Source of the DNA: a virus
Taxonomy: Duplodnaviria; Caudoviricetes
IMG/VR virus record: IMGVR_UViG_3300020472_000033
Span: 1 to 54,888 of that record
Reading direction: 5' to 3' (one strand)
DNA length: 54,888 bases
Below the pieces are notes generated by a model, which worked only from the letters and a program-made list of their open reading frames with translations, was not told where the DNA came from and made no database searches. Below, one piece after another: positions 1-8,571 of this stretch; the stretch's first letter is position 1, and every line of letters starts with the position of its first letter. Both the position numbers and the translations under genes were made by a program.

Positions 1-438
1 CCGTATGTCTAGATGATCTTCTGTTAATATTTGAAAATCCATTCCATTGTCTTTACACCAACTTTTTGCTGATTTCCATTTAGCTTCATTTACACCCCAT
101 CTTTTAACTTCACCATACCATTTTTTAGTCTTTCTTTTAGGGGTTTTTGTGGGAGGAGCACATTGATTTTTTGGTTTTATTTCAATAATAAATTTTTTAA
201 GTTTTCCATCTGTTTGCCGTACCTTAATATAAAAGTCAGGGAAATATCTATGTACTCTACCATCAAAAGGAGATACATAGGGTATGATAACTTCTTCACT
301 ACCCCATTCTAATATAGACTCGTTTGTGTCACAATAGACCATAAACTTACGCTCCCACAGAGAACGATAGTATATGCGAGTAGGATTACCAACATATTTT
401 TTAGGATCTTTAGGACGGTATTTTCCACTGTATGCCAT
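1..438 (-). CDS. gp4: Head completion protein (T4 gp4-like, TnsA endonuclease fold), 3' end off window
   Basis: Not in ORF track; manual translation MAYSGKYRPKDPKKYVGNPTRIYYRSLWERKFM...HRYFPDF...IEIKP...NEAKWKSA...ILTEDHL matches the gp4 signature; divergent from gp48. Confidence 0.92.
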   Translation of the reverse strand, partial: MAYSGKYRPKDPKKYVGNPTRIYYRSLWERKFMVYCDTNESILEWGSEEVIIPYVSPFDGRVHRYFPDFYIKVRQTDGKLKKFIIEIKPKNQCAPPTKTPKRKTKKWYGEVKRWGVNEAKWKSAKSWCKDNGMDFQILTEDHLDIR

Positions 439-448
439 AGCTTGTCTG

Positions 449-456
449 TATAAATA
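449..456 (+). promoter_or_regulatory. T4-type late promoter TATAAATA
   Basis: Exact consensus 30 nt before gp48 ATG; an ATAAATA core on the opposite strand nearby (~467-473) could serve gp4. Confidence 0.75.
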
Positions 457-486
457 GTTTCATAACTATTTATCAAGGAAGATATA

Positions 487-1617
487 ATGGGATTTTCAGA
501 CGGAATTTTAAATGTTGTACAAAGTAGAGTAACATCTGCTGCTAGTAGAGCATTAACAACAGCTCACGGTAGACAATTAAATACTGGTACAGGTAGAGGT
601 ACTTGGTCTAATCCATCTAGCGCTAATATGATGACTACTGATTTTAGATCACAAATATTAAGTTATCCTTTAAACATAGGTAATGATCCACACCAAGGTC
701 ATTATATAGAATTTACTACAAATAAATATGTTCCTCCAAAAGTTTCTTTTTCTCATCAAGAAAGACAGATAGCTGCGAAAGGGCCACCAATGACTTCCCC
801 AATGTTCCATGATGATGCTGGTGATATGAGTGGTGTTATGGAAGAAGATGAAACTTCCTATTCTGATAAAACCAGAGGAATAACGGCTGAATCTGCAAAA
901 AAGATTGCAGAAACACATATTTGGTTATATATGCCACCATCTGTGTCAGTCCAATATGCTACAGATTGGAGTGAATTTGAAGTAGGACACATGGCAGAAA
1001 CAGCATCAAAAACAATTACAGCTGCAAGACAAGCTGGTGGTAGTATGTGGAATATGGTAGGAGCTGGAGCTGGACAGTTTTTTAGTATGGATACCGTAGA
1101 TCAACTAAAAGGTGTTGCAGTAGAAGCAGGGTTAGGAGTTGTAGGAAGTATGCCTGGGATGCAAGGAGCCAAAGAACTTGCACAACTTCATTGGGGCAAA
1201 ATTATTGGTAATAGAATGGAATTAATGTTTTTGGGAGCCAAAAGACGAGGGTTTAGTTTTAGTTTCAAATTAATGCCAAAAAGTGAAGCAGAAGCACAGG
1301 AAATAGAAAAAATTATTTTTGCATTTAAACATAATATGATGCCTAAATTTGAGTGGGGGCAGAGAAGGCAAACCATACCTAGAACATTTGATATTAAATA
1401 CCATTTCTCAGAAAGCAAAGAGAATGTATATATGAATAGAATCTCAACTTGTGTATTAAAGTCTATGGATGTACAATATGGTGGTTCTAGATTTAAAGCA
1501 CACGAACCAACTCAAGGACTACTTGGCGAAGTAGCCCCACCTTCAGAAGCAGAAATTAAATTATCATTTGAAGAATTAGCTATTCATGATCAAAAAGATA
1601 TAGAAACTGGATACTAA
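487..1617 (+). CDS. gp48: Baseplate tail-tube cap (gp48-like)
   Basis: Motifs IWLYMP, ELMF.G...R.FSFSFKLMPKSEAEA, CVLKSMDVQY, LSFEEL; position between gp4 and gp53. Confidence 0.85.
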   Translation: MGFSDGILNVVQSRVTSAASRALTTAHGRQLNTGTGRGTWSNPSSANMMTTDFRSQILSYPLNIGNDPHQGHYIEFTTNKYVPPKVSFSHQERQIAAKGPPMTSPMFHDDAGDMSGVMEEDETSYSDKTRGITAESAKKIAETHIWLYMPPSVSVQYATDWSEFEVGHMAETASKTITAARQAGGSMWNMVGAGAGQFFSMDTVDQLKGVAVEAGLGVVGSMPGMQGAKELAQLHWGKIIGNRMELMFLGAKRRGFSFSFKLMPKSEAEAQEIEKIIFAFKHNMMPKFEWGQRRQTIPRTFDIKYHFSESKENVYMNRISTCVLKSMDVQYGGSRFKAHEPTQGLLGEVAPPSEAEIKLSFEELAIHDQKDIETGY

Positions 1618-1618
1618 T

Positions 1619-2146
1619 ATGTATTTTAGAACCATACCAATTATACCATATGATGCTGATGGAAGTAGAAACTTTAAACTAGTAACTAATCTTCTTAGAA
1701 GGGTAGCTGTAAGGTCAAAAGTTATGGAAACAGCTGTTATGTTTGATACATATGATGTTATAGAAGGTGAAAATCCAGAAAACTTAGCATTTAAATTATA
1801 TGGTGATTCAGAGTTACATTGGATAATTTTATATGTTAATAATGTTACAGATAGATTTCATGATTGGCCTCTATCCACACCAGATTTTTTACGATATATA
1901 AATGATAAGTATGACGATGTTAATGCTACTCATCATTATGAAATACCACAAACATCTGGTGATACAACAAGAAAAATAAATATTGGTACAGATAAGACTG
2001 ATTATCCTTCTGCTACTATAGTTACTAACTATGAATATGAATCAAAACTACAGGATGAGAAAAGAAAAATCAGATTACTTGATGAAAGGTACGTTCCAGA
2101 TTTTGTAGAAGAATATACAAAACTGATGCAAGAAAGTGACATTTAA
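1619..2146 (+). CDS. gp53: Baseplate wedge subunit (gp53-like, LysM-like)
   Basis: MYF start, YDVIEGENPENLAFKLYGDSELHWIILYVN, DWPL, TNYEYE...KRKIRLL. Confidence 0.9.
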   Translation: MYFRTIPIIPYDADGSRNFKLVTNLLRRVAVRSKVMETAVMFDTYDVIEGENPENLAFKLYGDSELHWIILYVNNVTDRFHDWPLSTPDFLRYINDKYDDVNATHHYEIPQTSGDTTRKINIGTDKTDYPSATIVTNYEYESKLQDEKRKIRLLDERYVPDFVEEYTKLMQESDI

Positions 2147-3567
2147 TGGCTACTTTACAATCAGCTGGTGAATTTGAAATTAAATTTGCCTCCATAACAA
2201 CATCCTCAGGCATTGAACTTAGAATAGATGCCTCTCAGTTAGCTAATGTAACATTCTTTGAAAATATAAATCAATCAGCAGTAACAGGGTCAATACAAGT
2301 ATTTGATTCTGCTGCCCTATCTTCCATAGGCCCATTAATAGGACAAGAATATTTTAAATTAAAAATACTAACTCCAGGCCAGCAAGAAGAAATAATAGAT
2401 TTTACTAAAAATGTACTTCACATTTATAAAGTAAGCCAACGGTCTAGACTTTCACCCAACACACAAGCATATACTTTAGACTTTATTTCTTCCGAAGGAT
2501 TGAAAAATACAAGAATTAAATTATCACGGGCTGTAACTGGTTCTTATTCTGAAATTGTAGAAAAAATGTTAGATGAGGTTAATTGTAAAAAGAAACGATT
2601 TATTGAACCAACTAATGAATTAAAGAAAATGGTTATTGCAAATAAGTATCCATTTGATGTCATTAATATGTGTAAAGAAAAATCTATATCAGAAGCAAAT
2701 GATTCGCCTACATATAAGTTTTTTGAAAACTTTAGAGGATATCATTTTAGAAGTTTAGAAAGTATGTATTCTCAAGCACAACAATTTGTATGGAAATATC
2801 AATGGAAAGAAGTAGGTTCAAATCTAGATAGAGGATTACCTATTATTAAAGACCAGATGCAACAAATTATCACATATGAAGTATCTGGAATGAATGATAC
2901 TCTTTCTAATTCTATTACAGGTACTTTGGGTTCTAAACTTGTAGTTCACGATATACTAAATAAGTCATATACCTCACACACATATAATATGTTAGATGCA
3001 GCTGAGAGTGAAAAAAATATTAATTTTTATGCTGGTAAAAAAGGATTTCCTTTGTATAGTGAAACACCCATAGAACCTAATACTAAAATATCCGACTATT
3101 CCAGTAGGCAATACCTTGTACCCACTACATCTGTAGGTGCTAATGATGCTGGATATACAACTTCAAATGTAACTAATCCATATACACCAAACAATCCAGA
3201 AACGTGGCTTCAAAGAAGAAATTCCCAAATGGAAAAATTAAATAGGGGAATAGGTATGAAGTTACAGATATATGGTAATACATTTCTTGCTTGTGGTGAT
3301 ATTGTAAATGTGAATATTCCTGTAGTTGCAGCTGAGAATATTAAATCACAAATTCCAGCAGACCAATTAGATAAGTTATATAAAGGTAATTTCTTAATCA
3401 AAGCAATCCGACACGATTTTCAATGTAGTGAAAGTACACATTGGATGCATATGGAAATTGTTAAAGATTGTGTAGAAGAAAAATTGGTTGCAGTAGATGA
3501 TAATGAAGAACCAAAACCAATTAAAAGTGACGTAACAGAAAAACAATTCTATAACCAAGTACAATAA
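2146..3567 (+). CDS. Putative baseplate hub / tail protein (gp27-like fold)
   Basis: 473 aa coupled to gp53; FFEN..GYHFRSLESM and C-terminal GNFLIKAIRH.F typical of hub-type proteins. Confidence 0.6.
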   Translation: MATLQSAGEFEIKFASITTSSGIELRIDASQLANVTFFENINQSAVTGSIQVFDSAALSSIGPLIGQEYFKLKILTPGQQEEIIDFTKNVLHIYKVSQRSRLSPNTQAYTLDFISSEGLKNTRIKLSRAVTGSYSEIVEKMLDEVNCKKKRFIEPTNELKKMVIANKYPFDVINMCKEKSISEANDSPTYKFFENFRGYHFRSLESMYSQAQQFVWKYQWKEVGSNLDRGLPIIKDQMQQIITYEVSGMNDTLSNSITGTLGSKLVVHDILNKSYTSHTYNMLDAAESEKNINFYAGKKGFPLYSETPIEPNTKISDYSSRQYLVPTTSVGANDAGYTTSNVTNPYTPNNPETWLQRRNSQMEKLNRGIGMKLQIYGNTFLACGDIVNVNIPVVAAENIKSQIPADQLDKLYKGNFLIKAIRHDFQCSESTHWMHMEIVKDCVEEKLVAVDDNEEPKPIKSDVTEKQFYNQVQ

Positions 3568-3603
3568 GAAAGGAGGCTGCCATATAAGATACGACTCTAT
3601 ATT

Positions 3604-3831
3604 ATGATAAACCCTAAATTAGAAAAGGATAATTTACTTATGTCAAAAGTTAAAAATCGTGTAAAAAAAATGAACTTCCAAACACAACCAAGAACAGTTG
3701 ATTATGTTGAAATAAATAAAGGAGATAAATATATGTACGAATTTAGGATACGAGAGTCGCAACAAAGGCAGAAACCATATGAAATACTTTCACGAACTAC
3801 AGGAAGGTCTTTACGACCCTCACATATTTAA
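3604..3831 (+). CDS. Small basic hypothetical protein (probable start 3640, MSKVKNR)
   Basis: ORF track; AAAGGA upstream of internal ATG; overlaps next gene. Confidence 0.4.
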   Translation: MINPKLEKDNLLMSKVKNRVKKMNFQTQPRTVDYVEINKGDKYMYEFRIRESQQRQKPYEILSRTTGRSLRPSHI

Positions 3832-4462
3832 AGCATTTTTTCTTGCTGGTGGCCCTGGCAGTGGTAAGTCTGAAGTGGTCAGACAAACCACTGGAGGGTT
3901 AGGTATGAAACTGGTCAACTCAGATAATGAATTTGAGAGACTTCTTAAACAAGCAGGCCTATCTATGAAGATGCCTAAATCAGAAGAAGAACCTAGAAAT
4001 GTTCAAAGAGATAAAGCAAAAGACCTAACTAAAGCTCGTCAAAAAAATTATCTAGAAGGTAGACTTGGTATTATAATTGATGGTACAGGTAAAGATAAAG
4101 ATAAAATTTTAAGACAATCAAATGAGTTAAGACTCCTTGGTTATGATACCCATATGGTATTTGTAAATACATCTATGGATGTTGCACTACAACGAAATGC
4201 AATGAGAGATCGTAGTGTACCAGAATCAATAGTGATTAAATCATGGAAAAATGTTCAGGCAAATATAGGAACATTTAATCAACATTTTAAAGGAACAATG
4301 ATTATTGTAGATAATAATGATCCTTTGGAAACCATGGCTAAAGATGTTTTTCCTAAAGTTTGGAGAATCATAAGAGGTTTGGCTAAGAAGAAAGTAGTCA
4401 ACACAAGAGCACAAAATTGGATAAGTCAAGAAACGGCTCGTAGAAATAGAAAAATAAGATAG
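3779..4462 (+). CDS. P-loop kinase, zeta-toxin/AAA_33-like
   Basis: Walker A AGGPGSGKS, VNSD, IIDGTG, ALQRNAMRDRSVP lid motif. Confidence 0.8.
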   Translation: MKYFHELQEGLYDPHIFKAFFLAGGPGSGKSEVVRQTTGGLGMKLVNSDNEFERLLKQAGLSMKMPKSEEEPRNVQRDKAKDLTKARQKNYLEGRLGIIIDGTGKDKDKILRQSNELRLLGYDTHMVFVNTSMDVALQRNAMRDRSVPESIVIKSWKNVQANIGTFNQHFKGTMIIVDNNDPLETMAKDVFPKVWRIIRGLAKKKVVNTRAQNWISQETARRNRKIR

Positions 4463-4473
4463 AAAGGAATTGT

Positions 4474-4806
4474 ATGAAGAAACAACTGTTAACCTTTGCA
4501 TTAGCGATGGCCATTGCCAATCCAGCTTATGCAGAGTTATTCGGTCTTGATTGGGAATCTACAGGAGAGTATAATGTAGATACCGAAGTAACATCTTTAA
4601 CAGCACAAGTAGGTAAATCCATTCTTTTAAATGGATTAACTTTAACAGCAGATGCAGATTTTGATATTATAGGTTCATCATTTAGTGGTACAGACTATAA
4701 GGCATCATTTGATGTTAGTGATAATCTAGAAATGTATTTAAGCTCTGGATTAGATTCTACTTGGACTAGAGAAGATATAGTAGCTGGTTTTAAAGTTACT
4801 TGGTAA
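4474..4806 (+). CDS. Small exported outer-membrane beta-strand protein
   Basis: Signal peptide ending AYA, alternating amphipathic strands, C-terminal AGFKVTW beta-signal. Confidence 0.6.
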   Translation: MKKQLLTFALAMAIANPAYAELFGLDWESTGEYNVDTEVTSLTAQVGKSILLNGLTLTADADFDIIGSSFSGTDYKASFDVSDNLEMYLSSGLDSTWTREDIVAGFKVTW

Positions 4807-4814
4807 AAAAATAT

Positions 4815-4866
4815 CTACAGGGGTTAAAAACTTAGGAATTATATATACCTATGTAGACCCCTGTAG
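4815..4866. terminator. Inverted repeat between convergent genes
   Basis: CTACAGGGG...CCCCTGTAG arms with inner TAGG/CCTA. Confidence 0.5.
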
Positions 4867-4878
4867 GAATAAGTAGAT

Positions 4879-5361
4879 CTAGATCCCCCCATTTCTCTGT
4901 ATCAACCCCCACACAATAAATCCAATAACACCTGTAGTTACTAAAATTAAAAGTACTATAGCAGTTCCTTCAATCCACATTCGTTGTCTTTCTTGTTGGT
5001 CATAAACTGCTTTCTGCCTTCTTGTTCTTATATCGGCTTCAGTTTTCAGTAGTTCTTGCCATGCATTATGTCCTCTTGTCAATTGTATAATTTGTCTTAA
5101 TTGATCTCTCATATCTTCTGCCTTTTTCTTGGCCATAAAGATTTGCATAGCTTCCTCTTCTACAGAACCAGATTGGAATAGTTTCTTAAATAGAGGTGGT
5201 TTTTTGTTATATTCTTCTGCTTTTTTAATATCACTGACTGCCCCCATCCATTTTGACAATGAACCAGCCATATCTTCAATTTCTCGGCCTGCTTGAAACC
5301 CTTTGGTAATCAATTGGTAAGCACTAGTGGCAGTAGCCAGTGCTGTAACTGGATCTATCAT
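4879..5361 (-). CDS. Hypothetical membrane-anchored coiled-coil protein
   Basis: Likely start MIDPVTA after purine-rich RBS; C-terminal transmembrane helix. Confidence 0.75.
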   Translation of the reverse strand: MIDPVTALATATSAYQLITKGFQAGREIEDMAGSLSKWMGAVSDIKKAEEYNKKPPLFKKLFQSGSVEEEAMQIFMAKKKAEDMRDQLRQIIQLTRGHNAWQELLKTEADIRTRRQKAVYDQQERQRMWIEGTAIVLLILVTTGVIGFIVWGLIQRNGGI

Positions 5362-5433
5362 ATTAACCCCTTTCTCGTTAATATTTATTAAAAAATTCAT
5401 TTGACTAAATACCTAGAATAAATAACGGAGATT

Positions 5434-6234
5434 ATGATGACACAACTAATAGACCCAATAAAATATACATCCTCAATGACCGCTTTACGGTCATTTTTTT
5501 TGTCTAAAGGCTTTCAAGAAGTACACACACAAAACAGATTATCAATTCTAGCAGCGTGTGAAGATCCATTCAATGTAGCAACATATAACTATGCTGGGGA
5601 AATATGGCCCCTACCACAAACAGGACAAATGTGGTTGGAATACGAACTCCTAAAAAACCCTTCATCGGAAGGGTTTTTTTGTATCTCCACTTCATATAGA
5701 CAAGAACCTAATGCAATCCCTGGCCGACATGATATTATTTTTCCAATGTTTGAATTTGAGATGCCAGGAGACATTAATGATTTAAAAAAGATGGAAATTG
5801 AACTTTGTCAACATTTAGGATTTCCAGAGTTAGAAGATAGAACTTATTACTACTGGGCTTCAAAATTTGGAGTTGAAGAATTAGATAATGAGCATGAAGA
5901 AAAAATTGGTAATGGAATGATAACGCATTTTCCAGAATTTACTTCACCTTTTTGGAATATGTCTAGAAATGATGATGGTGTTACAAGTAGAAAAATAGAT
6001 GTTATTTTAGGTGGAATGGAAACAATAGGAAGTGCTGAAAGAAGTACAGATGTTGAACAAATGAGAGATACATTTCACACCATTACAAATGGTGAATATA
6101 GTCAATTACTATTCAAACTATTCAGTAAAGAAAGAGTAGAAGCAGAATTAGAAAAATTTCTAGAGTTTGATTTCTTTCCAAGAGTAGGTGGTGGTATTGG
6201 TATGACTAGAATGATTGCAGCTTTGGAGAAATAA
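5434..6234 (+). CDS. Class II aaRS catalytic-domain-only protein (AsnRS-like / archaeal-type asparagine synthetase)
   Basis: Motif 1 LRSFFLSKGFQEV, motif 2 SYRQE...RH...F.MFEFE, ETIGSAER, motif 3 GGGIGMTR; 266 aa with no N-terminal OB domain; GGAG RBS. Confidence 0.85.
   Translation: MMTQLIDPIKYTSSMTALRSFFLSKGFQEVHTQNRLSILAACEDPFNVATYNYAGEIWPLPQTGQMWLEYELLKNPSSEGFFCISTSYRQEPNAIPGRHDIIFPMFEFEMPGDINDLKKMEIELCQHLGFPELEDRTYYYWASKFGVEELDNEHEEKIGNGMITHFPEFTSPFWNMSRNDDGVTSRKIDVILGGMETIGSAERSTDVEQMRDTFHTITNGEYSQLLFKLFSKERVEAELEKFLEFDFFPRVGGGIGMTRMIAALEK
5475..5501 (+). terminator. Intragenic terminator-like hairpin 1
   Basis: AATGACCG-cttta-CGGTCATT running into a T tract. Confidence 0.5.
5652..5680. 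terminator. Intragenic bidirectional terminator-like hairpin 2
   Basis: AAAAAACCCTTC-atcg-GAAGGGTTTTTTT, perfect 12-bp stem. Confidence 0.55.
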
Positions 6235-6241
6235 TTCTTAA

Positions 6242-6319
6242 TGTAGGGTGGCGGAATTGGTAGACGCATCAGGCTGTTTCCCTGTAATATTGTAGGTTCA
6301 AGTCCTACCCCTACAGCCA
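6242..6319 (+). tRNA. tRNA-Asn(GTT), atypical
   Basis: Acceptor TGTAGGG/CCCTACA + G + CCA; D arm GCG..CGC; anticodon loop CTGTTTC; T arm GTAGG-TTCAAGT-CCTAC; T tract follows. Confidence 0.85.
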
Positions 6320-6370
6320 ACTTTTTTTAACTATCCTTTATTATCAAAGACTTACACGTTACGATTTTGC

Positions 6371-6399
6371 TTGACAATTCATCTTCCATATGATAGCTT
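6371..6399 (+). promoter_or_regulatory. sigma70-type early promoter
   Basis: TTGACA-17-TAGCTT with TGn; ATG at 6406 suggests a leaderless mRNA. Confidence 0.65.
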
Positions 6400-6405
6400 G
6401 TATAT

Positions 6406-6657
6406 ATGATGATTAATAAGACACATGAAGGTAAATGGATACGCCTCAAAGGTATCTCTGGTCACGGTAAGAATCGTATTCGTGAACATGGTGATCTTTG
6501 GTTCGTTATTCGTGTTCACGAAAACAAGATTCACTTACGGAGTCGTAATAAGACATTCAAATGTGGGGGTGTACTCTGGCATGACGGCCGTTGGATAGAT
6601 TCCCCCACTGACAAAAACTTTGAAATCGTTGGAATAGAATGGATGGTTGACGTTTAA
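6406..6657 (+). CDS. Hypothetical early protein
   Basis: ORF directly after promoter; TAATG coupling to next gene. Confidence 0.7.
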   Translation: MMINKTHEGKWIRLKGISGHGKNRIREHGDLWFVIRVHENKIHLRSRNKTFKCGGVLWHDGRWIDSPTDKNFEIVGIEWMVDV

Positions 6658-7112
6658 TGATACACGTAGAAGCATTTGGTGGAATTAAGAAGGATAGAGA
6701 ACTAGCAGAAGAAATTGCTTGGTTCTGTATTGAGACACTTATGCCTAGACATAAGACTCTTATGGTAGACATAACTCTAAGGAATACTAAATCCGAAGGA
6801 GCTTATGGATTTGCTCATATGGGTGATGATGAAAAAGAATTTTGTGTTGATATTGACCACAAAATAACACGTACAGAAAGTGTTGACCTATTCATTGAAA
6901 CAGTATGTCATGAAATGGTTCACGTTTGGCAGATGGCAACTAAACGAATGAAAGATACCTTTAGGGGTGGTTATAGAGTGTGGTGGAAATGTACAGATGG
7001 TAAATATAGGAACTACACCAAAATACTTCCTTGGGAAACACAGGCATATGCCCTAGAAGGAAAACTTGCAGAATTGTTTAAATTGGAGTTCTATGGACGA
7101 GATAACGTATGA
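6657..7112 (+). CDS. SprT-like zinc metallopeptidase
   Basis: TVCHEMVHVWQ (HExxH) and PWETQAY. Confidence 0.75.
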   Translation: MIHVEAFGGIKKDRELAEEIAWFCIETLMPRHKTLMVDITLRNTKSEGAYGFAHMGDDEKEFCVDIDHKITRTESVDLFIETVCHEMVHVWQMATKRMKDTFRGGYRVWWKCTDGKYRNYTKILPWETQAYALEGKLAELFKLEFYGRDNV

Positions 7113-7194
7113 AGAATGGGCCAGAACTTGGGTTGATGATCCGTGTGACGATTGTACACATTGGTTGATCTTTTTGCTTGACAAACTCTCTTAA
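7093..7194 (+). CDS. 33-aa peptide MDEITYEEWARTWVDDPCDDCTHW...
   Basis: Manual translation; GGAG RBS at 7085-7088; fills the gap. Confidence 0.45.
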   Translation: MDEITYEEWARTWVDDPCDDCTHWLIFLLDKLS

Positions 7195-7217
7195 ATATGC
7201 GATCATATGATCATAAT
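7178..7217 (+). promoter_or_regulatory. sigma70-type early promoter (weak -10)
   Basis: TTTTTGC-TTGACA as in other copies; downstream GATCATAATAGAGAGAAA leader shared with the 16316 promoter. Confidence 0.5.
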
Positions 7218-7239
7218 AGAGAGAAAGGAAAATTATATT

Positions 7240-7371
7240 ATGAGTTGTTTACATAATGAAATGATAATGGAAAGTCTCTTTGAGAAATATCTTGAAGAAG
7301 GACATTCCGAAGAAGTTGCCGAAGAAAAGGCAATGGAAGAATTTGAGAATATGGGAGGCCCTTATGGTTAA
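7240..7371 (+). CDS. 43-aa acidic protein MSCLHNEMIMESLFEKYLEEG...
   Basis: Manual translation; AAAGGA RBS; stop overlaps next ATG. Confidence 0.7.
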   Translation: MSCLHNEMIMESLFEKYLEEGHSEEVAEEKAMEEFENMGGPYG

Positions 7372-7597
7372 AGGTACAAAAATCATTGGAAATTTTGGTG
7401 CAATGCACTCACTTTGGTATGGTGAAATTGTCAAAGTTGACAAAACTACTAAATTGAAGGGTGATTATGCCATTGATGTTAAATGGGACAATGGTTCTAT
7501 CTCTAAAATGATGAGAAGTGACCTAATTCCAGATAAACATGGAATTGGATATATGACAGAAGATCATTATTATGGGGGATTTCCTCATTATGGTTAA
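7364..7597 (+). CDS. Hypothetical protein (SH3/Tudor-like), start revised to MVKGTK
   Basis: GGAGG RBS before ATG 7364; WYGEIVKV...DVKWDNG. Confidence 0.65.
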   Translation: MVKGTKIIGNFGAMHSLWYGEIVKVDKTTKLKGDYAIDVKWDNGSISKMMRSDLIPDKHGIGYMTEDHYYGGFPHYG

Positions 7598-7802
7598 AAA
7601 GAATACATTAAAAATTGGTGATTCTGTGATATCTCCTTATGGAATGTCTAAAATTACTAATATCACATTAACAGAAAATGTTGGTGATAAGTACGGACTT
7701 GATGTTAAGGAAATTTATACGAATCTGATAGAAAAAACAGTTGTTGACCTAGATGATGGTCATTGGGTATATGGTAAACAACTAGATTGGATACCGTACT
7801 AA
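7590..7802 (+). CDS. Hypothetical protein, start revised to MVKKNTLK
   Basis: Coupled ORF; LKIGDSV...VDLDDGHWVYG. Confidence 0.65.
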   Translation: MVKKNTLKIGDSVISPYGMSKITNITLTENVGDKYGLDVKEIYTNLIEKTVVDLDDGHWVYGKQLDWIPY

Positions 7803-7990
7803 TGGTTAGATTATCCACCAAACAGTTAAAAGTAACGTATGAATGGTTTACACCAAAGGGTAGACGTAGAACCTTTTATGACTTTGGTTATGGGGATACA
7901 GAAAAATCTGCCATAGATTTTGCGAAGAAAGCAATTAAACAAAGAATTAGACACGAAAATTACAAAGTGTTAGAAATGAAGTTTTTTTAA
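7802..7990 (+). CDS. Hypothetical protein, start revised to MVRLSTK
   Basis: TAATG overlap with previous stop. Confidence 0.6.
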   Translation: MVRLSTKQLKVTYEWFTPKGRRRTFYDFGYGDTEKSAIDFAKKAIKQRIRHENYKVLEMKFF

Positions 7991-7999
7991 AAAAAAGGC

Positions 8000-8028
8000 T
8001 TGACAAACCTATTTTATTGATGTATACT
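8000..8028 (+). promoter_or_regulatory. sigma70-type early promoter
   Basis: A-tract UP element, TTGACA-17-TATACT, then (GA)n leader. Confidence 0.85.
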
Positions 8029-8063
8029 AGTAATATAATCAAGAGAGAGAGAGAGAAAAGATT

Positions 8064-8222
8064 ATGAAAGTTAAGATTGTCAAAGACACATGGGCACATT
8101 CCAAAAAGTGCTGGTATATCATTGATGTTGAGACTAACATCTCATTCAACTACGGTGGTTTCACTTCCAAGAAAGCTGCCGTGAAGATTGTTGAGGATGC
8201 TGGTGGTGAGGTTGTAGGTTGA
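8064..8222 (+). CDS. 52-aa hypothetical protein MKVKIVKDTWAHSKKCW...
   Basis: Manual translation after GAGAGAGA leader. Confidence 0.7.
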   Translation: MKVKIVKDTWAHSKKCWYIIDVETNISFNYGGFTSKKAAVKIVEDAGGEVVG

Positions 8223-8323
8223 TGTTTAAGCTTTTGGTAGTTTTCAGTTTGATGTGGCTATTCGTTGCATCTGCATTTATAACAACAATGGTCTATTTGG
8301 CCAGTATAGGAGTCGTAGCGTGA
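8222..8323 (+). CDS. 33-aa single-TM peptide
   Basis: MFKLLVVFSLMWLFVASAFITTMVYLASIGVVA; TGATG and GTGA overlaps at both ends. Confidence 0.55.
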   Translation: MFKLLVVFSLMWLFVASAFITTMVYLASIGVVA

Positions 8324-8571
8324 TACGAGAAACAAAAAATAATGAATTGGTTATAAACCTAGATGGTTCAGATGGTAATGCATTTGCACTAATGGGTTCT
8401 GCTAAACGGTTAGCAAGAGAAATAGGATATGCTTCTGATGAAGTAGATGCTATGCTTGGTAAAATGACGAGTGGTAGTTATATAAACCTACTCAAAGTTT
8501 TTGAAGAATATTTTGGTTCTTATGTAGTACTTGAAACTACAAATTCAGAATATTTGGAGGCTCTTGCATAA
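8320..8571 (+). CDS. Conserved phage hypothetical protein (GTG start)
   Basis: INLDGSDGNAFALMG...MTSGSY..LL.VF motif; AGGAG RBS. Confidence 0.75.
   Translation: MIRETKNNELVINLDGSDGNAFALMGSAKRLAREIGYASDEVDAMLGKMTSGSYINLLKVFEEYFGSYVVLETTNSEYLEALA

Noticed and set aside
6242-6319. tRNA-Leu or suppressor tRNA / recoded genome
   Set aside because: D arm is Leu-like but there is no long variable arm and the anticodon reads GTT; genes are full length in the standard code and use all three stops
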